Source of the DNA: Hyphomicrobiales bacterium
Lineage (GTDB): Bacteria; Pseudomonadota; Alphaproteobacteria; Rhizobiales; JACESI01
NCBI GenBank assembly: GCA_013911885.1
Contig: JACESI010000004.1
Location: 170,026 to 234,025, forward strand
Reading direction: 5' to 3'
DNA length: 64,000 bases
Part shown: piece by piece, positions 1 to 9,443 of the stretch
Position numbering within the stretch: the stretch's first letter is position 1
How the letters are laid out: every line of letters begins with the position of its first letter
Notes under the pieces: generated by a model
Seen by the model: the letters and a program-made list of their open reading frames with translations, nothing else
Databases searched by the model: none
What the model was told of the DNA's origin: nothing
Made by a program: the position numbers and the translations under genes

Positions 1-643
1 CAAGGCCCAGCCCCACAATAGCGAGCCACTGACCGCCGGTCTCTGGCCAGACAGTTTGTTCAAGCGCCAGATGGCAGGCAAGGGAGAGGGCAGCGGTTGC
101 CGCGCAAAAGGCGGTGACGAGATCGGTCGGGACGGCTGCATACCGACGCGAGAGCAGGGAATAGCTGCTCCAGGTGAGGGCGCAGACAAGGCTTGCGCCA
201 TAGCCTGGCAGATAGCGCGGATCGAAGGAAAACCCACCCCCTCGGGTAACCAGAACAATTGTTCCGATGAGGCCCATGGCTGCCCCGGCAACATGAAACC
301 AGCGTAGCCGCTCCCCGGGCAGCAGTGCTGAAAACACCACGATCAGGAGCGGCCAGAGATAGGCGATCAGCCCGGCTTCGATCGGCGGTGCATTGCGCAG
401 AGCGGTATAATAGAAAAAATGATAGCCGAAGAGACCGCCGATACCGAGAAGCCAGACCGGCAGAGGCTGGCGAAACACCGCGAGCGATGTGCCCATGCGG
501 ATGAGAGCGGCGAGGCCGACCAGGGTGCCGATTGCAAAGGTGATGGCAGACAATTGAAACGGCGGCATGGTTCCGCTCGCGGCGGTCAGAAGTGCCAGAA
601 GGGACCAGAGGAGTATGGCGTTGAAGCCGAGAAAAGTGGCCAT
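1..643 (-). CDS. DMT/EamA-family transporter; N-terminal ~214 aa in window, 3' end runs off the left edge
   Basis: Absent from the ORF track because it has no in-window stop. My minus-strand translation from the ATG (complement of 641-643) is open to position 1: MATFLGFNAILLWSLLALLTAASGTMPPFQLSAITFAIGTLVGL...YYTALRNAPPIEAGLIAYLWPLLIV... It is multi-TM and hydrophobic in an EamA-like way. Confidence 0.7.
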   Translation of the reverse strand, partial: MATFLGFNAILLWSLLALLTAASGTMPPFQLSAITFAIGTLVGLAALIRMGTSLAVFRQPLPVWLLGIGGLFGYHFFYYTALRNAPPIEAGLIAYLWPLLIVVFSALLPGERLRWFHVAGAAMGLIGTIVLVTRGGGFSFDPRYLPGYGASLVCALTWSSYSLLSRRYAAVPTDLVTAFCAATAALSLACHLALEQTVWPETGGQWLAIVGLGL

Positions 644-853
644 GGTGGCTCTGGAATGTTGCAGAAGCGGGTCATCCCGGCACGGTGGGCGCCGGGATGA
701 AGTCCAGGGTCCTGACCCTAGGGGCAACGTGCAAGCAAGTGAATCATTTGCAAAGTGCAAGCTGCTTCAAATTCAAAATGTTAGGGGATCGGACGGTCCA
801 TTGATCGTCCGATGCTCTAGGGGCGACAAAGCCGACCGGCTTCGCTGCCTGCG

Positions 854-1585
854 CTAGCCGTTTGCGAAATATTGTCCGCCATTCGCGGTGATGACCGAGC
901 CGGTGATGAAGCCCGATTGGTCGGAGGCAAGAAATACCACGCAGCGCGCAATCTCTTCCGGCTCGCCGAGGCGGCCGACCGGGATCAGCGGAATGATTTT
1001 CTCGTTCAACACCTTTTCAGGGATCGCGCGCACCATTTCGGTGCCGATATATCCGGGACATACCACGTTGACCGTGATGCCTTTCGACGCGCCTTCCTGA
1101 GCGAGTGCCTTGGAAAAGCCGATGTCGCCGGCCTTGGATGCCGAGTAATTCGCCTGTCCGGCCTGACCTTTCTGGCCGTTGATCGATGAAATCGTGATGA
1201 TCCGTCCGAAAGAGCGGTCGCGCATGCCAGACCAGAGTGGATGGGTCATGTTGAAGACGCCATTCAGATTGGTCGAGATCACCTCGTTCCATTGTTCTGG
1301 TGTCATGCGGTGGAACATGGCATCGCGGGTAATGCCGGCATTGTTGACCAGCACATCGATCGGGCCGAGATCGGCTTCCACCTGTTCTATACCCGCTTTG
1401 CACGCCTCATAATCGGCAACGCTCCATTTATAGACCGCAATCCCGGTTTCCGCCTTGAAGGCGGCGGCGGCTTCATCGTTGCCGGCGTAGTTCGCCGCGA
1501 CGGTATAGCCAGCGTCTTTCAACGCCTTCGAGATCGCCGCGCCGATGCCGCGTGATCCGCCTGTTACGAGTGCAACCCTTGCCAT
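854..1585 (-). CDS. phbB: acetoacetyl-CoA reductase (SDR family)
   Basis: ORF 854..1663 trimmed to the ATG at 1585, which follows GAGGAGGAGA. Shows TGGSRGIG, NNAG and YSASK SDR motifs. Very close to rhizobial PhbB as I recall it, and adjacent to a thiolase. Confidence 0.93.
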   Translation of the reverse strand: MARVALVTGGSRGIGAAISKALKDAGYTVAANYAGNDEAAAAFKAETGIAVYKWSVADYEACKAGIEQVEADLGPIDVLVNNAGITRDAMFHRMTPEQWNEVISTNLNGVFNMTHPLWSGMRDRSFGRIITISSINGQKGQAGQANYSASKAGDIGFSKALAQEGASKGITVNVVCPGYIGTEMVRAIPEKVLNEKIIPLIPVGRLGEPEEIARCVVFLASDQSGFITGSVITANGGQYFANG

Positions 1586-1677
1586 GATAGTCTCCTCCTC
1601 TGAATAAATTAGGCCCTTGCCGTGCGTGCGGGCTTTTGAAGATAAAAGGGGGCGCTCCTGCACGCCCCCAGATGTTT

Positions 1678-2856
1678 TTAGCGCTCAACCGTGAGCGCAA
1701 CACCCATTCCGCCGCCGATGCACAGGGTTGCAAGTCCTTTTTTGGCATCGCGTTTCTGCATTTCGTGGAGGAGTGTGACAAGCACGCGGCAACCCGAAGC
1801 GCCGATCGGGTGGCCGATCGCAATCGCGCCGCCATTGACATTCACAATGTCCGGGTTCCAGCCAATATCCTTGTTGACCGCACAGGCCTGAGCCGCGAAT
1901 GCCTCGTTCGCTTCAACGAGGTCGAGATCGTCCACCGACCAGCCGGCCTTCTGAAGCGCCTTTTTCGATGCCGGAATCGGGCCTGTTCCCATGATTTTCG
2001 GGTCGACGCCAGCGGTCGACCAGGAGGCGATGCGGGCAAGCGGTGTCAGTCCGCGGCGTGCCGCCTCAGCCGCTGTCATCAGCACGACGGCGGCTGCACC
2101 GTCATTGAGGCCTGAGGCATTTCCCGCCGTAACCGTGCCTTCACGGTCGAAGGCAGGGCGCAGTTTCTGCATGCTGTCCAGTGTCGCGCCGTGACGGATA
2201 TATTCGTCCTGATCCACGACCACATCGCCCTTGCGGGATTTGACGGTGAAGGGGATGATTTCATCCTTGAATTTGCCAGCCTTCTGGGCCGCTTCCGCTT
2301 TGTTCTGGGAACCGAGGGCGAAGGCATCCTGCTGATCGCGGGTGATCTGGAATTCTTTTGCGACGTTTTCCGCCGTTGTGCCCATGTGGTAGCCGTTGAA
2401 GGCATCCCAGAGACCATCCTTGATCATGCTGTCGACCATTTGATAATCGCCCATCTTGATGCCCGCGCGCAGGTGTTCGACATGCGGTGAAAGGCTCATG
2501 TTTTCCTGACCGCCTGCAATGATGATCTTTGCATCGCCCGAGGCAATCTGCTGCATGCCAAGGGCAACGGCGCGCAGGCCCGAGCCACAGACCTGATTGA
2601 GACCCCATGCCGTTGTGGCAATCGGCAAGCCCGCATTGATCGATGCCTGACGCGCGGGATTCTGACCCTGACCGGCGGTCAGAACCTGACCGAGAATGAC
2701 TTCGTCGACCTCGTCGCCGGAGACGCCTGCCCGCTCAAGGACGCCCTTGATGACGGCAGCGCCCAGGTCATGGGCGGGCGTTGCGGCGAAAGCGCCAAGA
2801 AACGAGCCAACTGCGGTGCGGCCCGCGCTGACGATCACGATATCTTCTGTACTCAT
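1678..2856 (-). CDS. phbA: acetyl-CoA acetyltransferase (biosynthetic thiolase)
   Basis: ORF 1678..2883 trimmed to [17 protein letters not shown] (ATG 2856). Thiolase motifs [26 protein letters not shown] and CIGGGMG are present. Confidence 0.93.
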   Translation of the reverse strand: MSTEDIVIVSAGRTAVGSFLGAFAATPAHDLGAAVIKGVLERAGVSGDEVDEVILGQVLTAGQGQNPARQASINAGLPIATTAWGLNQVCGSGLRAVALGMQQIASGDAKIIIAGGQENMSLSPHVEHLRAGIKMGDYQMVDSMIKDGLWDAFNGYHMGTTAENVAKEFQITRDQQDAFALGSQNKAEAAQKAGKFKDEIIPFTVKSRKGDVVVDQDEYIRHGATLDSMQKLRPAFDREGTVTAGNASGLNDGAAAVVLMTAAEAARRGLTPLARIASWSTAGVDPKIMGTGPIPASKKALQKAGWSVDDLDLVEANEAFAAQACAVNKDIGWNPDIVNVNGGAIAIGHPIGASGCRVLVTLLHEMQKRDAKKGLATLCIGGGMGVALTVER

Positions 2857-2881
2857 GGAGCGACCTTTCTGATTTTCTGGC

Positions 2882-2911
2882 AATCAGCGTCAGGGCTGAT
2901 TCCGGTTTTTT
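2882..2911. promoter_or_regulatory. 7-bp inverted repeat (AATCAGC-N6-GCTGATT) followed by T6, in the phbA leader / phbA-phaR divergent region
   Basis: Read directly: aatcagc gtcagg gctgatt ccgg tttttt, 26 bp from the phbA start codon. Function unknown. Confidence 0.3.
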
Positions 2912-3103
2912 GCCACTTTGAAATGGAAATGTTGCGTTGCAATATCATTCGACGAGGTTCTGGCCCTCAGCATCTTTTAACCCACTTTCGCCAGACAGCC
3001 TAAACAACTTGCGCGCCAATTCCAGCCCCGTTTCACAATATTCGTTGTGCTGTGCCGCAGGCGCGGTATGGTATTGATAGACGAACAGTGCTTCGGAGGC
3101 CCC

Positions 3104-3724
3104 ATGTCCAAATCAACTGATGCGATTGTCATCAAAAAATATGCGAACCGGCGGCTATATAACACCGGCACCAGCACCTATGTCACGCTAGAAGATCTCG
3201 CGGTCATGGTAAAGGCGGAAGAGGATTTCGTCGTGGTCGATGCAAAAACCGGCGAGGACATCACGCGCTCGGTTCTCACTCAGATCATTTTCGAACAGGA
3301 ATCAAAGGGTCAGAATCTTCTGCCCGTCAATTTCCTGCGCAATCTCATCCAGATTTATGGCGACAGCGTGCAGACCATCATGCCGAGTTATCTCGAACAT
3401 TCGATGGACGCCTTCCGGAAGCAACAGGACAAGTTTCGTGAGCAGATCACGACCAGTTTCGGCCCGAACCAGGCGCTCGACATGATTGGTGACCAGACGC
3501 GGCGCAACACGGAGCTTTTCCAGAATGCAATGCGTCTTTTCATGCCTTTCGGGCCAAAAGGTTCGGTTGCCCAATCTGAAGGCCGCACCCCGCAGGCGTC
3601 CAATTCGGACGACAGCGGGGCGAAGCGCGCGTCCCATAGTGCGGGGGATGATGAACTCTCCGCCATGAAAAAGCAGCTCGCCGACATGCAGGCCCAGCTC
3701 AAATCGCTTAACGATAAAAAATAA
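3104..3724 (+). CDS. phaR: polyhydroxyalkanoate synthesis repressor PhaR
   Basis: ORF 3047..3724 trimmed to the ATG at 3104, which follows GGAGG. N-terminus IKKYANRRLYNTGTSTYVTLEDLAVMV is typical of PhaR/AniA. Divergent from phbAB. Confidence 0.9.
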   Translation: MSKSTDAIVIKKYANRRLYNTGTSTYVTLEDLAVMVKAEEDFVVVDAKTGEDITRSVLTQIIFEQESKGQNLLPVNFLRNLIQIYGDSVQTIMPSYLEHSMDAFRKQQDKFREQITTSFGPNQALDMIGDQTRRNTELFQNAMRLFMPFGPKGSVAQSEGRTPQASNSDDSGAKRASHSAGDDELSAMKKQLADMQAQLKSLNDKK

Positions 3725-3832
3725 TTTAACCGCGCTCGCTTGCCTTCTGGCACGCCGCTTGCCAAGTATTAATCAAAGATTGACGGGATCGCTTTGAACA
3801 TCCCGCTTTGATACAGGCAGGCAAAAATCGAC

Positions 3833-4177
3833 ATGCAGATTGTACCGAAATGGAACAGAAGCGTCCGTCCTGGGGGTCTTTGGGGATCAACGGGGCATGC
3901 CGTTGATCGGGTGGTGCCGGTCTCTGCGTCGCGCGCAATGGGTGGCGATGATAAGACGCCTGACCATTCTTTGCGCCCGGCTTGGACCGCGCCGGGTCTC
4001 GGTTTCGGCGGCCACGCCCTGATCGCAACGCAGGTCGTGGTGAGCCGTACCTTTGAAAACATTGACCCCGGTTTTGATGCGAGCACGCTTCTTGCCGGCA
4101 ACAGCGCTTATGGTGCGGCCCTAGAGCGAAAGGTTCATCGTCTCGCTGGCGGAAACTTCTATCGCGATCAGGCATGA
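3833..4177 (+). CDS. hypothetical protein (orphan ORF, weak)
   Basis: The only sizeable ORF in the 550-bp gap between phaR and the GGT gene. No recognisable motif. Third-position GC looks lower than in neighbouring genes by eye. Confidence 0.25.
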   Translation: MQIVPKWNRSVRPGGLWGSTGHAVDRVVPVSASRAMGGDDKTPDHSLRPAWTAPGLGFGGHALIATQVVVSRTFENIDPGFDASTLLAGNSAYGAALERKVHRLAGGNFYRDQA

Positions 4178-4189
4178 ACTGAACTGAAC
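4175..4189. repeat. (TGAAC)x3 pentanucleotide repeat
   Basis: tgaactgaactgaac read directly. The first TGA is the stop of ORF 3833..4177. The three TGAs fall in all three frames. Confidence 0.85.
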
Positions 4190-4223
4190 TGGGCTGAGGC
4201 ACCTCGCGTTACCCGCAAGTTCC

Positions 4224-4247
4224 CTGCAAGCCTGTCTGCAAGCCTGT
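4224..4247. repeat. perfect 12-bp tandem duplication CTGCAAGCCTGT x2
   Basis: Read directly in the intergenic region. Confidence 0.85.
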
Positions 4248-4248
4248 T

Positions 4249-4268
4249 GCCGACCCTTGCGGGTCGGC
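4249..4268. terminator. GC hairpin (GCCGACCC-TTGC-GGGTCGGC) between convergent genes; no U-tract
   Basis: 8-bp perfect stem with a 4-nt loop, 9 nt downstream of the stop of the minus-strand GGT gene. The missing T/A run lowers confidence. Confidence 0.3.
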
Positions 4269-4276
4269 CAATGAAA

Positions 4277-5866
4277 TCAAAATCCCATGGCGCAGCCGTC
4301 CTTGCGCGGGTCGGAACCGGCAATCAACATGCCGTTCGCCTGATCGATTTCGATAATCTGGCCGCCACCATGCGGTGATGTCGTCCAGGTGACGGGATGG
4401 CCCTTGGCTTTCATGCCGTCGTAAACCGATTGCGAAAGCGTTGGCTCGAGAGCAATCATGCCCTTGTCGTCCCAGAAGACGCGCGGGCTGTCGAGCGCTT
4501 CCTGTGGGTCCATGCCATAATCGAACATGTTGGTCATGACATGGGTGTGGCCGCTCGGCTGATACTGCCCGCCCATGACCCCGAAGCAGCGCACGGCCTT
4601 GCCGTCCTTGAGCGCCATTGCCGGAATGATGGTGTGCATCGGTCTCTTGCCGCCTTCAATGGTGTTCGGATGCCCCGGCTGCACCACGAAGCCGCCACCG
4701 CGGTTCTGCAAGGTGATGCCTGTTTTCTCGGTGACGATGCCCGAGCCGAAGCCTTTGTAGATCGAGTTGATCAGCGAAAGCGCCATGCCGTCGCGGTCGA
4801 CGCAGCTCAGATAGATCGTATCGCTCTGGCGACGCGGGTCCGGTGTCGGCAGGGTTTCATTGCGCTTCGTCGGGTCGATGGTCGCCGACAGGCGGTGGGC
4901 GAAAGCCTTGTCGATCAGCGCGTCAACTGAAACATGCATGGTCGCCGGATCGCTGATCTGGGCGTCGCGGATCGCATAGCCGATGCGGGAGGCTTCGATT
5001 TCCAGATGAAAACGCTCGGCACCATGCGGATCAAGGCCAGCAAGGTCGAAGCGTTCGAGAAGGTTTAGGATGATCTGCGCGGTGATGCCTGAACCGTTCG
5101 GCGGCAGTTCGACAAGATCGATGTCGCGGTAGGAGGAATGAACCGGGGGCACGGCATCGGCGGTGATATTCGCGAGGTCTTCCTCGATCATCACGCCGCC
5201 GCGCGCCTTTAGTTCGGCGACGATGTCGGCTGCAACCGCGCCTTCATAGAATCCTTTCGCGCCTTGTTTCGCAATGATCTTCAAAGTTTCGGCCAGGGCC
5301 GGAAGGCGGTGCAGCGCGCCCATTTTCGGAGCGGCACCATCGATCAGGTAATGCTTTGCGCCGCCGCCCTGTCGGGTCAGTTTGCCGACCTCATCGCACC
5401 AGTCCGACCAGACGCGGGGATAGACCGGGAAGCCGTTCTCCGCCGCTTCGATTGCCGGTTGCAGCGCTTCATCGAGGCCGATCGTGCCATGGCTTGAAAG
5501 CAGGCTTTCCCAGCATTTGACGACACCTGGAACGGTGACCGCATGCGGGGATTCAAGGTCCATCGCCTTATAGCCCTTGCGGACCAGCATATCGGTCGAA
5601 AGAGCGGCGGCCGCCCGGCCTGAAGAATTGAGGCCGTAGAGCGGCTTTCCGGGCACTGCAATCAGGGCGAAACCGTCGCCACCGATGGAGGTCATGGCAG
5701 GTTCAACCACGGCAAGCACGGCTGCCGCGGTCACACCCGCATCGACCGCATTGCCACCTCGTTTCAAGACCGCGAGGCCCGCTTCCGTTGCGAGAGGATG
5801 GGACGTCGCAAGAGCCGCATTCGCGGCATAGATCGGTGAGCGCTTCGGCTCATGAAAATCACGCAT
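4277..5866 (-). CDS. gamma-glutamyltransferase family protein (no signal peptide)
   Basis: ORF 4277..5884 begins with TTG; the first ATG is at 5866 (MRDFHEPK). GGT-like features include TSIGGDGF, the putative nucleophile Thr in QSDTIYLSCVD, and GGQYQPSGH. Confidence 0.85.
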   Translation of the reverse strand: MRDFHEPKRSPIYAANAALATSHPLATEAGLAVLKRGGNAVDAGVTAAAVLAVVEPAMTSIGGDGFALIAVPGKPLYGLNSSGRAAAALSTDMLVRKGYKAMDLESPHAVTVPGVVKCWESLLSSHGTIGLDEALQPAIEAAENGFPVYPRVWSDWCDEVGKLTRQGGGAKHYLIDGAAPKMGALHRLPALAETLKIIAKQGAKGFYEGAVAADIVAELKARGGVMIEEDLANITADAVPPVHSSYRDIDLVELPPNGSGITAQIILNLLERFDLAGLDPHGAERFHLEIEASRIGYAIRDAQISDPATMHVSVDALIDKAFAHRLSATIDPTKRNETLPTPDPRRQSDTIYLSCVDRDGMALSLINSIYKGFGSGIVTEKTGITLQNRGGGFVVQPGHPNTIEGGKRPMHTIIPAMALKDGKAVRCFGVMGGQYQPSGHTHVMTNMFDYGMDPQEALDSPRVFWDDKGMIALEPTLSQSVYDGMKAKGHPVTWTTSPHGGGQIIEIDQANGMLIAGSDPRKDGCAMGF

Positions 5867-6041
5867 GGCAGGGATCCGTTGCAAAAAGTCCGGGAGGACG
5901 TGTTTTAGAGAAAATATTTGTCGCGGTTTCTATGGCGGTTCTATGGGGGACGGGCAGGAGAGTCAATTTGACAAGGCATTCGGATTGCCTAAGAAGGCAA
6001 AGACAGAACACGCAACTCAGTTAAGCCGGAAAGGGCGACGT

Positions 6042-6470
6042 ATGACAAGCCTTACATTGTCTCAAGCCAACCAGATCATCGAGCACGCGCTTGCAAAGGG
6101 CACGGCGCTGGGCCTCAAGCCGCTGACGGTCGCGGTTGTCGATATGGGCGGCCATCTGAAGGCGCTGGCGCGCGCTGACGGGGCATCGACGATGCGGCCT
6201 GAGATGGCGACCGGCAAGGCTTATGGCTGTATCGCGCTTGGCGTCGGCGGACGCTGGCTCAATCAGAACGGGATCGAGCGCGGCCATTTCATGGATGGCG
6301 TCATCGCGCTGTCCGGCGGGCGCATTCTGCCCGTGCCGGGCGGCGTGCTCATCCGTCATGGCGGCGCGATCGTCGGCGCGGTCGGAATCACGGGTGACAC
6401 GGCAGCCAATGACGAAACGGTTGCAATCGCGGCGATCGAGGCTTGCGGCTTTGTCGCCGACTGCGGCTGA
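6042..6470 (+). CDS. GlcG/HbpS-like heme-binding protein (DUF336)
   Basis: ORF 5865..6470 trimmed to the ATG at 6042 (MTSLTLSQANQIIEHAL). Shows GAVGITGDTAANDE, typical of the family. Confidence 0.8.
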   Translation: MTSLTLSQANQIIEHALAKGTALGLKPLTVAVVDMGGHLKALARADGASTMRPEMATGKAYGCIALGVGGRWLNQNGIERGHFMDGVIALSGGRILPVPGGVLIRHGGAIVGAVGITGDTAANDETVAIAAIEACGFVADCG

Positions 6471-6476
6471 TCATCC

Positions 6477-6516
6477 GCTAAAGCCCCCCGCTAAAGCCCC
6501 CCCGCCGCTAAAGCCC
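6477..6516. repeat. GCTAAAGCCC x3 with C-rich spacers (13 and 17 bp period)
   Basis: Copies at 6477-6486, 6490-6499 and 6507-6516. The third copy contains the stop codon (complement of cta, 6508-6510) and last codons of the minus-strand gene 6508..6924. Confidence 0.85.
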
Positions 6517-6924
6517 TCTGTCGAGAGTGACGTCGCGCGAGGCGACGCGGATCGAGATCGAGTAGCCCGCGACCACATCCAGAAATGCGATCATCAGACA
6601 GGTGAAAAACGGAAAAGTCGCTGCTCTCGGATCAACAATGAACTGGATGAGATAAGCGACAAAGACGAGGGTTGACAGGAGATGATCGACGATCGTTGCC
6701 CGCGCGGTGCGGGTCGCCTTCAGAATTTCGAAGAAGAGAAGGCCGAGGGCAAACAGGATCAGGAGATCGCCGCGCGACAGGATGAAATCTGCCCCCGAGA
6801 TCATCGGTAGGGACAGGGCGGGGCCTTGCCAGATCGGTCCGGCAACGCGCATCAGGCCAAAGCTCAGAAGATTATAGAGGATGAGGGGCAGTACGAGCAG
6901 GGGAAAATTGCGCAGGAAGGCCAT
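6508..6924 (-). CDS. small integral membrane protein (about 4 TM), function unknown
   Basis: 138-aa ORF with four hydrophobic segments (FPLLVLPLILYNLLSF, LLILFALGLLFF, LLSTLVFVAYLIQFI, FFTCLMIAFLDVVAGY). Confidence 0.7.
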   Translation of the reverse strand: MAFLRNFPLLVLPLILYNLLSFGLMRVAGPIWQGPALSLPMISGADFILSRGDLLILFALGLLFFEILKATRTARATIVDHLLSTLVFVAYLIQFIVDPRAATFPFFTCLMIAFLDVVAGYSISIRVASRDVTLDRGL

Positions 6925-6991
6925 GGGCGGATTCTCTCACGATTCAACAGCGTTGTTTCAACGCGTGATCAGGTCTAGCGAGGATTGCGGC

Positions 6992-7021
6992 AAAAAAAAA
7001 GGCCGGCTTGCGCCGACCTTT
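6992..7021 (-). terminator. rho-independent terminator of rpmF
   Basis: Minus-strand RNA reads AAAGGUCGGC-GCAA-GCCGGCCUUU followed by a U9 run (A9 at 6992-7000 on the plus strand). It starts 22 nt after the rpmF stop. Confidence 0.85.
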
Positions 7022-7042
7022 GTAAGGGCAAATATCCGGACC

Positions 7043-7228
7043 CTAAAGGTCGTCTTTCGGCTCCAGAATCTGGCGACCGCGATACATACCGGTTTTGAGG
7101 TCGATATGGTGCGGGCGGCGCAGTTCGCCGGAATCCTTGTCTTCGACATAGACCGGGTTTTTCAGTGCATCGGCGGAACGGCGATGACCGCGTTTCATCC
7201 GCGTTGTTCTGCTCTTAGGGACTGCCAT
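7043..7228 (-). CDS. rpmF: 50S ribosomal protein L32
   Basis: [23 protein letters not shown] is the classic L32 N-terminus; 61 aa. Confidence 0.95.
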   Translation of the reverse strand: MAVPKSRTTRMKRGHRRSADALKNPVYVEDKDSGELRRPHHIDLKTGMYRGRQILEPKDDL

Positions 7229-7455
7229 GTCGCTCTCCAGTGGGTTGGCCTGGGCTTTAATGCACGCTCAAACCGTTAAAAAGCGGCGCGCGGAAAGCCT
7301 CGATTGTCTCGCAAGTGACGGGCTTATACAGACAAAGAATCCGCTTGACCAGTGTCTGCCTCAAAAAATCCACCCCTGCGGTGTTTTTCAGTTCCCGGCC
7401 AGTCATCGCGATCAGTCCAGCATAGCAGCCTGAGCCAAGTGGTTCTGCAACAGTT

Positions 7456-8151
7456 TCATTGCGGCAGGCATGTGACATAGGGCCCGGCACCCCCGGCGCG
7501 GTTGACGATCTTGGAAGCAAGACGATCAAGGCCGCGCGAGGGTTTTGCCGGGTTTCGCTTGAGGGGGCTTGGCAATGTCACGGCGAGAAGGGCCGCCTGG
7601 CGGCGGGTGAGCTTCGCGGCAGGCACCTTGAAGTAATGCCGAGCCGCGGCTTCGATGCCATAAATCCCATCGCCCCATTCGGCAATATTGAGATAGATTT
7701 CGATGCTGCGCTTCTTCGACCAGATGAGATCGGCATAAAGGGCAAGCGGCAATTCGATGGCCTTGCGGATATAGGAACGGCTGTTCCAGAGGAAGAGGTT
7801 TTTCACGGTCTGCATCACGATCGTGCTTGCCCCGCGCCCCTTGCCGCCATCCTGTACGGATTGCCAGGCTTTGTTGAATTCGATCCAGTCCACGCCTGAA
7901 TGTTCGCAATGGCGTGAATCCTCGGAGACGAGCACCGAATGGACCGCGACCCGCGCGATATCGTCATAGGCGACCCATTGCCGGTCATAACCCTTGAGCG
8001 ATACGATGTCGCGCAGCATCAAGGTTGAAAGCGACGGTGTCACCGCATAGAGCGGGACAAGGACGATCGGCACCATCATGATGATGATCAGAAGGCGAAG
8101 CAGGATCCGGATCATGAGGCGCAGCGGCGAACGGTGAGAGGTTGCTGCCAT
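7456..8151 (-). CDS. mtgA: monofunctional biosynthetic peptidoglycan transglycosylase
   Basis: ORF 7456..8316 trimmed to the ATG at 8151 (MAATSHRS). Has one N-terminal TM segment and GT51 motifs [37 protein letters not shown]. Confidence 0.9.
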   Translation of the reverse strand: MAATSHRSPLRLMIRILLRLLIIIMMVPIVLVPLYAVTPSLSTLMLRDIVSLKGYDRQWVAYDDIARVAVHSVLVSEDSRHCEHSGVDWIEFNKAWQSVQDGGKGRGASTIVMQTVKNLFLWNSRSYIRKAIELPLALYADLIWSKKRSIEIYLNIAEWGDGIYGIEAAARHYFKVPAAKLTRRQAALLAVTLPSPLKRNPAKPSRGLDRLASKIVNRAGGAGPYVTCLPQ

Positions 8152-8322
8152 TCGCTTGCCGCCTGTCTCCACGAGGATGATTTTCCGGGGCAACCTCGAA
8201 AGATTTCCAAAGGCGCGCCCCTTGCCGGAAAGCAATATCATGAAAGTTGCCCACCCGCCCTTGGCGTTGCAGGGAAAATTGTGAAATATACCGCAAAAGA
8301 AACGCCAGGAACCCAACTGTCC

Positions 8323-9237
8323 ATGACGATCCTCACCCCCTTATCCTTCAAAGACAGGCTTGCCGCAACCGCCGACATGGTGGAGGCAGACCTCAAGGCA
8401 CTTTTAACCTTCTCCCCGCCATCGGGCATTGCTTGGCCAGAGCGGCTTTATGAGGCGATGCGTTATGCAAGTCTCAATGGCGGCAAGCGGGTGCGACCCT
8501 TTCTTGTAATCGAGACCGCCCGCCTGTTCGGGAGTGAAGGGGCAGGCGTTCGCCGTGCGGCGGCAGCCCTTGAATGCATACACTGCTATTCCCTGGTTCA
8601 TGACGATCTTCCGGCGATGGATGACGACGATCTGCGCCGCGGCGTGCCGACGACGCACAAGAAATATGATGAGGCGACGGCCATCCTTGCAGGCGACGGG
8701 CTTCTGACCGAGGCTTTCGCCATTCTTGCAAACCCCGAAACCCACAAGGATGCAGAGATTCGCGTGGCGCTGGTTGCCTGCCTCGCAGCCGCCGCCGGAC
8801 CCATCGGTATGGTGGGCGGGCAAATGCTCGATATCGAAGCGGAACATACAATCCGGAACGAGAAGGAGGTCCGCACCCTTCAGGCCATGAAAACGGGTGC
8901 GCTGTTGCGGGCGGGCGTCGAGATGGGCGCGATCATTGCTGACGCAAGCGCTGAAGACCGGGCCAGGCTGGTGCGCTTTGGCGAAGTGATCGGCCTTACC
9001 TTTCAGCTTGCCGACGACCTTCTCGATGCGACGGCGGATGCCAAGACCATGGGCAAGGCGACCGGCAAGGATGCCGAACAGGGAAAGGCAACGCTTGTTG
9101 GTCTGCACGGCATCGACGGCGTGCGCCGGCTTCTGGCTGAACAGGTGCAGGAAGCCGAGCGGCTGCTCGCGCCGTTCGGGGCAAAAAGTGAGACGTTGCA
9201 GGAAATGGCGCGTTTCATCGCCAACCGCGCGCACTAG
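8323..9237 (+). CDS. polyprenyl diphosphate synthase (IspA/CrtE-type FPP/GGPP synthase)
   Basis: ORF 8134..9237 trimmed to the ATG at 8323 (MTILTPLSF). First Asp-rich motif is [14 protein letters not shown], second is DDLLD. Product chain length cannot be read from the sequence. Confidence 0.9.
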   Translation: MTILTPLSFKDRLAATADMVEADLKALLTFSPPSGIAWPERLYEAMRYASLNGGKRVRPFLVIETARLFGSEGAGVRRAAAALECIHCYSLVHDDLPAMDDDDLRRGVPTTHKKYDEATAILAGDGLLTEAFAILANPETHKDAEIRVALVACLAAAAGPIGMVGGQMLDIEAEHTIRNEKEVRTLQAMKTGALLRAGVEMGAIIADASAEDRARLVRFGEVIGLTFQLADDLLDATADAKTMGKATGKDAEQGKATLVGLHGIDGVRRLLAEQVQEAERLLAPFGAKSETLQEMARFIANRAH

Positions 9238-9443
9238 GCGGCAAGATGGCGCGTGCCGATGATGATCCCCGATCATCCGGGCGCTCTGAAAGCGCTCTCG
9301 TCTTGATGGCAATCAAATTTTGCCCAAGATTGGTAACAAGTCTGTTGTATTGATCGCTGGTAAGGGATCATTAACTGTTTGCGGATTTGAGTAAGGTTAA
9401 GATTTTCGCTCTTTGTGTTGAATTTTGACTGTGGAAAATCACG

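Noticed and set aside
788-813. Hairpin ATCGGACG-N10-CGTCCGAT downstream of phbB, considered as its terminator
   Set aside because: The stem is only 8 bp, the loop is long, and no U-tract follows on the minus strand. It is too weak to annotate.
3726-4202. 158-aa and 110-aa minus-strand ORFs in the phaR-GGT gap
   Set aside because: They are Arg/Pro-rich, have no start context or motifs, and overlap the marginally better plus-strand ORF.
7229-7455. Small ORFs (7227..7433 plus strand, 7257..7529 minus strand) between rpmF and mtgA
   Set aside because: They have no motifs, overlap neighbouring genes, and are more simply explained as the rpmF promoter region.
8404-9312. 302-aa minus-strand ORF antisense to the polyprenyl synthase. 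Similar long antisense ORFs lie at 42631..43611, 47840..48721, 49331..50302, 55731..56483, 35981..36736, 39664..40395, 45048..45752 and 31820..32476
   Set aside because: All lie opposite genes with clear motifs and have the skewed Arg/Pro/Gly composition expected of GC-rich antisense frames.
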